A stretch of DNA of 64,000 nucleotides, taken from NCBI RefSeq assembly GCF_009914755.1, contig NC_060929.1; one strand, given 5' to 3'. This document shows positions 53,346-64,000 of the stretch, piece after piece. The first letter of the stretch is position 1, and the number at the start of each line of letters is the position of its first letter. The notes below the pieces were generated by a model. It was not told the DNA's origin and did no database searches. It saw only the letters and a program-made list of their open reading frames with translations. Both the position numbers and the translations under genes were made by a program. The DNA comes from the human T2T-CHM13v2.0 reference genome, Homo sapiens.

Positions 53346-54074
53346 ATTTTTTTAAATTCCAATGCCTGGGCCCTAGACAGATCAATTAAACTAGAATTTC
53401 AGGAGTAGAGGCAAACATCTACAATTTTTAAAAAGCTTCTTGGGTGACCCTAATGGGCAGCCAGAGTTGGAAATCACTGATTTACTACAACCCACTTGAC
53501 TTAGAGTTGAAAAAACTAAGAGCTAGAAGAATACAGTTATTTGCCTAAAGTTACCAGCAACCAGGGGAGCCTGTGGGGCTACAGCCTGGATCTTCTGATT
53601 TCTAGTTTGATGTTCTTTCCACTAAAAGACTCAAGAAGCAGCAAAAATTCTAGACCCTCCTAGTTTTGCTATCATAGGAATCTTTGAGTGTAATCTGTGA
53701 CATTACACTCTGAACTGAAGAAAACAAGATTTAATCCATTCCTTCCTCTGGGCCTTCCATTTCCTCCTCTTGAGATTCAAGGCTGTCATCTTGATTGGAC
53801 TTATCCAGGGACCTAGCTCAATCTTTTACTCGCTTCCTTACCTGGTTCCTCCCTTAACATACCTTATACCCCAGGAAAAAGGCAATGTATTACTGTTCAG
53901 ACTGAGTCTTTGTTTTCACCCAGATATACCTCTGGTAATACTGTTTCTGCCAGCCCATCTCCACGTGCAAGCATGCATCTTTTGGTGACCATCTTAAATG
54001 GTACCTCATGTCTCTTTTAATTATTTCCTTCCAATCAGATTCCCTCATCTTAATTCTCCAAGTTGTTTTTACTG

Positions 54075-54079
<5 letters not shown>

Positions 54080-54107
<28 letters not shown>

Positions 54108-54316
54108 GAGACCAGGTCTCATTCTGTTGCCTAGGCTGTAGTGCAGTGGCATCATCACAGCTCATTGCAGTCTCCACCTCCTAGGCTCAGGTGATCCTCC
54201 TACTTGAGCCTCTAGAGTAGCTGGGACTACAGGTCTCGAACTCCTGGGCTCATGTGATTCTCCTGTCTTGGCATCCCAAAATGCTAGGATTACAGGCATG
54301 TGCCACGGTGCCTGGC
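54080..54316 (-). mobile_element. Old Alu with an internal deletion
   Basis: The right arm ...gctgggactacagg joins tctcgaactcctggg of the left arm. Confidence 0.88.
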
Positions 54317-55015
54317 CTTTACAAATATTCTTGTGTGGCACCTACATTTGCCTAATATTAGATTTATAAGTAATCCTGCTTATCTGCCTTATTAAACTGT
54401 AAACTTCCTGAGGGCAAGAACAGAATATTGCTCATTTTTGTATCCACTATCAATAACCAATCCAATGTCTCACAAACAAACTGTATATAATATATATTAA
54501 GTTGAACTGGTGCAACTGGAAATAAAACATTCTGCACAGAAGGGGACTCAAAAACAAAATCAGTATTCCTTTTCAGTGCTAACTTTCAGGGTCCAGTGAC
54601 ATTATAGACGTAATACCTTTTCATAAAAAGACTGTTAAAATATCTTTATAGTTCAAACTAGTGTTTAGCTTCAGACTCACAATAATAACATTCTAAACCT
54701 CTGTTCATTTTGTATTTACTGCATACAGTGGAATGTAAGTAAGACTCAACTCTTGGGTGGTGTAACAGTCAGAAAGATCCTAATCCTAGAGGGCTCTCAG
54801 GCTTGATGGGAGGAGTCAGGGAACTCCAAAGACACAGGAGCAACATGGTCATGTTTTTCCCCTATACTTCACCAGAAGGAAACAGGCAAGAAATCTAAGG
54901 CTTAGCAACCGAGAATGAAATGACCACCACTGCAGAGTTCTTCCTTTTGCTTATACCTGTCCTTTTCTGAGTCACTACATTTGGAAAAGTAGCAGCTACA
55001 GGATTTTTTTTTTTA

Positions 55016-55330
<315 letters not shown>

Positions 55331-56844
55331 TTAACTCTTATATGTTAAAACACATCTTCCATCGATAGGTCCTTCTCTTAGATACTTACAGAGTGCAATG
55401 TGACAGAAATTCATAAAAGTCAACAGTTGATAAAAACTTGAGAATGAAACTTATTAACCACAAAGTCTGAAATGGTAAAGAGAAGGCAAACTAATAAATA
55501 ACAAAAAATTTTACAAAAATTGTATTCCTTATACCCCTTACTTCAACAGTTCATTTTAATAGATTTATGAAAAATGATTTGGGAAAAATACTCTACTAAT
55601 CATGGCATTATGTAAACAGATATTTCATTAGAAGAGACGTGAAGCTTAAGCTGAAACTTTGGAAGTTTAAAACAAATGAAGAAAATGAAAAATAGGATAG
55701 CACAGCAACTCTGTAGAGGAGAATCAGCTTTGAGTAACAGTGATACTTCCTGTGGCTCTTAGGAGAGACTGGGACACTCTTCACTGAGTCAAAGGAAAAC
55801 AGAGGAAAAGAAATAAAAGTTGAGTAAAATTTAACATTCATGTCCTCCAAGATCCACAATCCCACACTGCCTTCTTCACAGTTCCATTGTAGCTCGTCAG
55901 TTTATCCCTTACTTCCTATAGCTCCCCACAGGGTCTTAAAAGTCTGAAGCAGCCCAGGATGAGTTATATACAGTAATAGTATACCTACAAAGGAACAGTG
56001 CTTGGAAAGGAATTCCAAATGCTGCTTTTTCCTTAGTTCACGCACATTGCTAACACCTGGGATGGAAGCTGCTACTCCCGGTTCCTGGGGTTCATGACAA
56101 AAGACTGACTGGAGATTGAGCTGCGAGATGGGGGTGGAAAGGGCTCTGTAGTCCCTCTTTTTATTTATCTACTTTGATTAGGATGGACCCTCATATACTA
56201 TACTATATCATGTTAGCTGAAATCCCTATGTTTTCCTGAATCATTCAGGAAGCAGGCCAATCGCTGGGCTCCACAAAAATCAAACTCTTTTTCTTAAAAA
56301 GAAAAAGGTGAGACAAAAACCTAGTGCTAAAGGATTCCATGCTATATTTGAGAGTCGAGGGTACAGATGAATACTAGTGGCTTTTAGAGGCTGATTATTC
56401 AGTCTGCCTCCTGCTATTTCTTGCCATCTGCTATTGGGATAGTTTCCTCTGAACAGGTTCTCTGCCAAAGTAATGGTTAAGAAAAGGAGAGGAAGTGAGA
56501 AATAGTATTTAATTTAGGATATCTATTAGTGCTCTGGTGAGAGATTTGGCAAAAATAAGATCCAAAGATGTTTTATGGATTTAGGGTCTTCTAGGCAGCC
56601 TGATTCTCTTCAATATTTTAGGTTTTGCTAGAAAATGTCTCTCTCACTCTATTTTTCTCTACAAATTAGCCCCTTTAAAATCAGAAATAGAGAAATATGT
56701 CAAATTAGGTTTAGAATAAGAGTGACGTGGCCAGAGAAAGGCATGGTATAGGGGACCTAGATACTCAATCTTATAAGATCTTCTGCACAGAAATGAAACA
56801 AAATATACCTTTAGTATTCCATGTTTTCCCTCATATTTGTTTTT

Positions 56845-57053
56845 ATTTTTTTATTTTTATTTTTTGAGACAGGGTCTCACTGTCACCCAGGATGGAGTGC
56901 AGTGGTGCAATCCTAGCTCACTATAACCTCAAACTAACTCCTAGGCTCAAGCAATCCTTCCTCCTAAGCCTCTCGAGTAGCTGGGAGTATAGGTGCATGC
57001 CACTATGCTCAGCTTATTTTTTGTAGAAACAGGATCTCGCTGTGTTGCCCAGG
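56845..57053 (-). mobile_element. Partial old Alu
   Basis: ttttgagacagggtctcactgtcacccagg...gtgttgcccagg. Confidence 0.88.
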
Positions 57054-58220
57054 CAACATTTTCAAATCAATAGTTTAGCTACTTGATTCTTGTTTCTCTG
57101 AACAATCTGAGATTTAACATGAAATGACCAATTAAAAATGAGTTTTATTTTTTAAAGAAAAAAGTCAAGTGAAGTATCAGGTGTACTGCTTCAACGATGG
57201 TGATGCTTCCTCATCAGCCTGTAAGTTCCTGTGTCAGCAGAGACAGAGACTGACTTGCTCAATACTGATTCCTGTACTGACACAATTCTTGGCCCATAGG
57301 TTTTTCAGCTAATTAAAAAAAGAGCTTTAATCAACACTGGTATTAAATGCTGTTATGTCCCGATCATTCTGTTAATGTCTATGGTATATATGAAGATATG
57401 TAAATTTCCTTTTCGGGGCATTTAGAGTCTCATTACAAAAACGATGCACACATAATTTAATAATAATACGAGGTGGAGCATGATAAGTGCTAAAGACAAA
57501 AGGGATTGCTAGAGGCTGAAGGGTTTTTGGTAGTAGCAGTTGTTGGGTTTAGTCAATTTTTCCTTTAAAAAGAAACAAAACGAAATATAATTATTTTTTG
57601 GTAATGACTTTGGGAAAAAAATATATCAAATGCCAATTACTACCCTCACTCAAGATTATTTTAAACCTAATACTCATTTTAAATCTAAGGTTCTGGCTCA
57701 GGATGTTTCCAATGGCCACTAAAGTTGTAACTTTTTTTTGATGATGAACTTTACAATAAGAATACCATGACCATATCCAACCAAACACCTTTCTCTTATT
57801 CATGATCAGCAGACCACTTTTAGGCTTTGAAAAAATAACAAAGACTGATAATGAGAGCCTAGTTTCAGACCTTCAAAGCTCAAATTAAAACATATTTAAA
57901 GCCATTTGCTAAGCTTCTAAGGCTAACTTCAACACAAGGAAGAGCAAGAAAGTCTTTTCTTCTCAAAAACCCTTCCTTCACAGACTTTCTCTCTTAGAAG
58001 CCTAAAGGGAAAGTTACTCAAGACTTCACACATCGAATACAATCATCTCTGCACAGCAGCCTTTTGAGATATTTGTCAAGACACTCAGAGAAGTCTTTAA
58101 TAAGTCTACTCCCTCTCCTATCCTGGGACAAGGCTACTTGGTATGAGCTCTGCTCTCTAAGCCCTAACAATCTTAGACCCAATTATGTCTAGGGCATTTT
58201 CTTTTTTATTGTATATACAT

Positions 58221-58462
58221 TTTGAGAGACAAAGTCTCATTCTGTCATCCAGGCTGGAGTGCAACTGCAAGATCACAGCTCACTGCAGCCTTGAACTCTT
58301 GGACTCAAGTGATCCTCCTGCCTTTGCCTCCTTCTTTATTTCTGTAGAGACAGGGTCTTGCTATGTTGTTCAGGCTGGTCTCAAACTCCTGGCCTCAAGT
58401 GATCCTCCCACCTCGGCTTCCTAAAGAGCTGGGATTATAGGCATGAGCCACTGTGCCCAGCC
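58221..58462 (-). mobile_element. Old Alu with an internal deletion
   Basis: Antisense Alu arms ending gagccactgtgcccagcc. Confidence 0.88.
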
Positions 58463-59719
58463 TTGGACATTTTCAATGAACTCTCACAAAAAATAAACTG
58501 AGGAAAAGCAGTGAAATACTTACACACATACTATAAAATATGCTGCCCAAAATGCAATTCCTGAATTTCCCAGCCAGGAAGCAAATGAACTCCTTTCTTG
58601 GCCCCCATCAGCATTAAAAAGATAAACTTACGTGAGTGGCTATCTGGAATATAAACAAGTCAAAACACTGGGCCAGCGGGGTTCAATTTTGGATGGCAAG
58701 TTTGAGAAGAATTCCTGTTGGTGACTTTTTAAGCAGTTCAGACAAATAAATGTGGGGACTTTTCAACTTCCAGTAGTAATATGTCAGGTGAGTGAGTCTC
58801 TGGAATGGGCACTTGCCTGGAATAATTCTGTGGATTGCTGGATGAGCATTCTCCCTTTCTGTCAGAAGAAAGGCAAAGAGAAAAGAATACAACTAACACA
58901 TTGATTTTCCAATTTGCCTGCAAACAGACTGGCTTTTGTTCTCGCCTGCTCTGACCACCAGCCTGGCAGATTACAGCCAGCCACTGTAGGAGTCCCCTCT
59001 GTGCGCCTATGCCATCAGCTGTTTGCTCACCTCGACAGAAGCTTTATTATTGCCTAGGCCAACAGGCTGTCAAGATAGGCAAACATGTGAGTGTAGAAAA
59101 GAGAAACAAATACAACCCAAATATCCCCAACAAGGTTGTGCTCATGAAGGCTAAAGGTACTCTGAGATTTCAGCTTATAAAATGTGATTACACTTACAAT
59201 TCTGAGGAAATGTGTATTTCTTGGAGGAGCATAAGAAAGAGTGACAAAGTGTACTCTCAAGTTCTAGCTCTAGTTCTAAAAGTTGGTATCCCATGGCTAA
59301 AGAGATCTCTGTCCCCAGTGTTGAGTAGGATTTTCAGGTGAAGACAGAGCTTGCCTAGGAAGCCAAACCACGGCCAATAAAATAGCAGGAACTGAGAAGC
59401 ATCCTATTCTCAAAACTCAGGCCATACTCAGAACTCTTAAGGGCATCTGCCTGCACTGCTGCTCATTCAAGACTGATGTTACCAGGAAAGAAGGAGAGCA
59501 GAATCACAGGCTGCCAAAATGACATGGGAGTGAAAGTCTTGGATATCACAGAGATTTCTTAGAAGGGAAGAGAGGTTATATAAAAGAGATCAAGAGTGAA
59601 AAAAAAAAAAAAAACACCACAGACTGACTGTGATTATATAGGAGGTACTCTATTGTGTGTAAAAGTCGCATGGGATTTCTTGTTTGACCAATTTCGTCAT
59701 TTAATTAAAAAAAAAAAGT

Positions 59720-59832
59720 GGCCTAGGCACAGTAGCTCATGCCTGTAATCCCAGCACTTTTGGTGGGTAAAGTAGGAGGATGTCTTGAGGCCAGGAGTTT
59801 GAGACCAGTCTAGGCAACACAGCGAGACCCCG

Positions 59833-59835
<3 letters not shown>
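59720..59835 (+). mobile_element. Alu left monomer (FLAM-like)
   Basis: ggcctaggcacagtagctcatgcctgtaatcccagcac...gagaccccgtct. Confidence 0.85.

Positions 59836-59879
<44 letters not shown>
59836..59879 (+). repeat. (AC)22 microsatellite at the Alu tail position
   Basis: Perfect dinucleotide run. Confidence 0.97.
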
Positions 59880-59883
<4 letters not shown>

Positions 59884-61851
59884 GGCACTCATAGCACACA
59901 TACACACCAAAAATAGGGGGGAAAAAAAAGGAAAATATAGCCTTTCTTCCACGGGGTTGAAATAAAGGTTTTGTTATTGTTGAACGGCTAAAGTGGCAAT
60001 GCTCATCAGCATTTTCGGTCTCACAAATAAAAATGCTCCAGGCTGGGCAGGCCCAATGCACAGATGCCAGAGCCTAGAGCCCAGCAGCTCACAGCTCCAC
60101 CATTTAGCTGTAACACACTGGTTCTTCCACATGAATGAGCAAGCTTTCCACAATGTTTATCCGATTCCGAGAGCCACCAGCCCTAAACACACACATGCAG
60201 CTTTCCCTCCGCCCCAGTGAATTCTGTATCCTGTGGCAACAGGCTTTACAGATGGGAACCTCAGCCACGGAGCTGGGTAGACAGAGATGGGAGAGGGGGT
60301 CAGGGTAAAGGGAGGAAAGAAAGAATGCCAAGAAGAAAATATGGCTGGCTTCAAAGCCTGTAGTGTGGACTGAGGATCTTACCAATGAAGGAAAGTTAGC
60401 AACTATCAAAAGGAATGAGCGCTTCCTTGAACTAGAACCAAAGACCAAGAGTGTCATGTGACTATTTAAATCAGAATCTGATTCAATCACTGCTACTCAC
60501 TTTCTCATTATTTTCTTTTTCATCCTGCTGGAAATTCTGCTTTCAGAATTGTTAATTTCAAAACTAACAATTATTAGTTGCCCTCAACTACCACAAATAA
60601 AATCAAATTTTGATGAGATAATTTTCTAATGACTATTATATTTTTGTCAAGTACTTAAAAAAAGAGGGCAGGGTTTAATACAGAAATCGATAATAAAAAC
60701 ATCAGTATTATAAGTTAAAATTTCCTGCTTGGGATCTCAGATTCTTACTCAAAGAATTTAAGGTAATTTTAACTTTCCACATACACACACTTAGCCTGCA
60801 CAAAATAAAAGCACCAGGTGCTAGAGTCCCCTCCAAAACACCTCTCCCACCCTGCCAACAAAAGTCAACCAGATTGGGCTTGAATATTTCCAACGAATTC
60901 ACTATCTACCTTCACAATACAGATAAAAATGTCTTTCTTTAAAAGTTCTAATTTTTAAAAAATTAAAGTCAAGTTTACAGAGATACAATGTACAAACAAA
61001 AAAATTCATACGTTCAGTTTACAGTTCTATGAATTTTGACAAATGCATCCAGTTGCATAATCATGACCACAATCAAGATAAGCCCCCTTTGTAGTCAACC
61101 TCTCCAGGGTTTGCTGGTCAATTTAAGCAAATTTTATATAGGTAACCTCCTTGGGTCCCTTTCCAGATCTAGAGTTATTAATTTTGTAAGAGGAAAAGCA
61201 AATAAGATAATAAAACCACCACAATATCATCTATTGGTTGGTTTATAATGTATATTCTGTCAATTTCCCAGAAGAATTTGAAAAAATTAAAACTCAGCTT
61301 GTGAGTAGTTTTTTTTTTGAGCCCTACATATAGTCATTAGACCTTCTGGAATCCCTGCCTGCTAATCTAAAAAGGGTGATGAGTAAGTAGATTTTTGGTA
61401 GAGAATAACAGGGGCATAGAATTTTGCAGATGTGGAGTGCTAAATAAATGCAGCATAACAACACATTTTTTGAAATGAAGATAGATAACAGAGGGACTTG
61501 TTAGATATCAAAGTCTGAATTTGTCAGACCAAGGGCTTAAAAAAGAGGCCCTTAGCATTTCACCTGGAAACACACTGGTATAAATATGACATACTAGAAA
61601 CTACTCCAGGAGAGTTATTCTTATTATCCACATCCTCTCATGAAACAGAAAGCAATCAAAAGTAGGATGCATGTCACCACATTATTCTCTCTCCCTGCTC
61701 TCTGATCTGCCTGCTGTTTTGCCAGATCTAACTCTCAGTCTAGAAGACATATTTCTGCTTCATTTAAGTATTTACTGAGTAGCTACCTTTTGCTCAGGCA
61801 TGGTGATCTATATTCTTTACCCACTGATCTACTAATTTCCTTTAATTCCAA

Positions 61852-61963
61852 TTTTTTTTTGTTTTTTTAAGTAGAGACGGAAGTGTTGCTATGTTGACCA
61901 GGCTGATCTCAAACTCCTGGCCTCAAGTGATCTTCCTGCCTTGGCCTCTCATCATGCCTAGCC
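61852..61963 (-). mobile_element. Alu monomer fragment
   Basis: gtagagacgg..ctatgttgaccaggctgatctcaaactcctggcctcaagtgatc. Confidence 0.82.
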
Positions 61964-64000
61964 CTAACTCCTATCTTAAAGATGACATCTCTCCCTTTCT
62001 GATACAGAAAAAATACCTATAGACAGACTGTAAGCTCTGCTGCTCTCTCTCTCTCTCTCTCTCTTACTTTCATGGTACATAAGGGAGGCAGTCAGAATGA
62101 AGTCAGTTGTGTTCTTTGTCTAAAGCCTGGAACACTATTTTATCAGCCTCCAAAGAGCAATATGTGTAGATAACCAGGGAGGATTACTTGTGGGGAGAAT
62201 GGGAGAAGAAACAAGTATTTACAGTCATCACTGAGGTGCCCATCTGGAGATGGTCCTAAAAGCAGAAAATGGCTTTGTGGCCACCACCTGACCTATCAGT
62301 GAAACTGCACCCAGAAGCAGCTGGTAAGACTTCTCCAGCCTCTCTAAAGCTATACACACACTGGCTCACAGGTCAGCTTCATGACTGAGAGGCAGTTACT
62401 GAAGGCCAAGGTTAGGCTACAGAGGGCCTTTACCTAGGAACAGCAGGATGTTGAGAAAAACTGGATCCCGGAACCAGTCCTGTTTATAAAAGCACATAAA
62501 GTTATGGAAACTGGCTTGGTTTGGACAGAGATAAGCGAAATATTTTGGTTTTTGAGTAGGAAATTTATGAGCAATAAATGAGCCAGTTTTAAATACATGC
62601 AAACATTTCCTGATGTCTCCTAAAGCTTTGGCTAGGAACTGCAGATAAAATTTCTGCAAAATCACAAATAATACAATGATTAAGATAGGAAAATCACATA
62701 TATTAATTAAACACTGGTTTTGAATAATTCTGGGAAAAAGAAAGGTGAGAAAGAAAAAAAAGGAGGAAAACAAAGGAATAGAATAGAAATAAAAACCAGA
62801 ATTTCTGGAGTATGCTAGGCTTAGTGAAGTTGTCAGGATTAAGTCTGCCACAAAAGAAATGAGCAGGCAAAGAGCCTGGCCCAGGAGATGAAGCACACCA
62901 GGGTAAAAGCAGAAAAGAATTAAGCCAGTGTTGAGCAGATTTATATGTGTTTGTATGTGAGATTACGGATTTCTTTAGGGGTATTTCTGAGGGAAGAGAA
63001 GCTCAGTACTAATCAGGATTTCTTAAGAATTAGATTTTTATTAAAGAAGAAAAGCATCTCAGTATTTTAAACATTCTGATTCTCTAACACATGAAAAAGT
63101 TGAATCCCTAGGCATTGTTTGTTTGTAGCAAAAGGAAGGTTGGACATACTTCCAGTGATACAATCCAATTCATAGCTAGTTTCTATTTCTGTAACTCTAC
63201 TGACTCCTCTATTAAGCTTTTAAGCTCTTAAAAGGCAGGGGACAAGTTATCTATCATTTTGCGTCTACAAACAAGTGAACAAGGACTCAAGTAGGTGCCT
63301 GATAATTTGGCAACAGTGACTCGGCCTGCTAAGACTGCATAAATACCCATCATGCATGCTGAAATTCATGAGGATTATTTATATTTGAAACAGTAATTCA
63401 CTTCTGGTTGTGAAGTATCCTGGCTAAAATAAAGTTGAAGCCAAGAAGAAATGCTGCCTTTTTTGTACAAGGCAGGAGGAGATGAAAGATGGCAGAGGAA
63501 GTGGAGTAGTATGTGGTCATTGTGGAAAGCCACCTAGTCCTCACTTATTCCCCCTACTGTTCCTTCTCACAATACATCAAGGATGATACATGGATTCTTT
63601 AATGCAAGTTGAGGGAACAGACAAGCTGCTAGGAGAGTGAAGCCGTTAAGTTGAGGACAGAAGCCAGAGTACATGGGTTCAAAGAATTTCCCTAACAGGA
63701 ATTCAATAAAAAAACAGACTCCTTTCAACCCTGGAAGAGGCTTTGAAAGCAACCTAGGCCAAGTAAACTGGGGATAAGGGAGAGACAAAAAGTTAATACT
63801 GAATTAGAGAATCTTTAATTTAGTGCTGGTAGGGACTTTCAATATCTATTGTACACTAGACTATTTATTGAGAATTTACTAGCCCTGTTCTAGGTGACGT
63901 AAAATTATGTAATCTAATTCCTTTACTTTATAGAGGAGGAATCTTGATGTATATAGTGAGATAAAATGATTTCCCCAAGATAGTTAGCAATAGGACCTAA

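Noticed and set aside
62417-62896. 159-aa hydrophobic minus-strand ORF in the MRPS27 intron
   Set aside because: Non-ATG start, composition driven by T-rich intronic sequence, and no match to the MRPS27 protein as I recall it.

Overview
This is mammalian DNA, almost certainly human (primate Alus; proteins match human sequences as I recall them; locus 5q13). It holds two convergent genes. On the + strand is the 3' part of MAP1B: coding exons 3-7 at 912-994, 3782-3922, a 6,502-bp giant exon at 11034-17535, 20731-20969 and 22252-22407, then a ~4.3-kb 3'UTR with AATAAA at 26711. On the - strand are the last seven coding exons of MRPS27 (mitoribosomal PPR protein mS27) from 55298 down to 38079, with an Alu-containing 3'UTR ending near 36580. 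All splice junctions read are GT-AG and the exon phases join into continuous frames. The rest is intronic or intergenic DNA with Alu, MIR, L1, L2, LTR and hAT-type remnants and microsatellites. Repeat family names and exon numbers come from recall, not from a database search. I found no evidence of a previously undescribed biological system. The leads worth checking are modest: an inverted-Alu-flanked 246-nt stop-free MRPS27 exon pair, a miR-9/124/181 seed cluster, a 71-bp local duplication, a four-layer nested transposon and an open intron-5 read-through frame in MAP1B.
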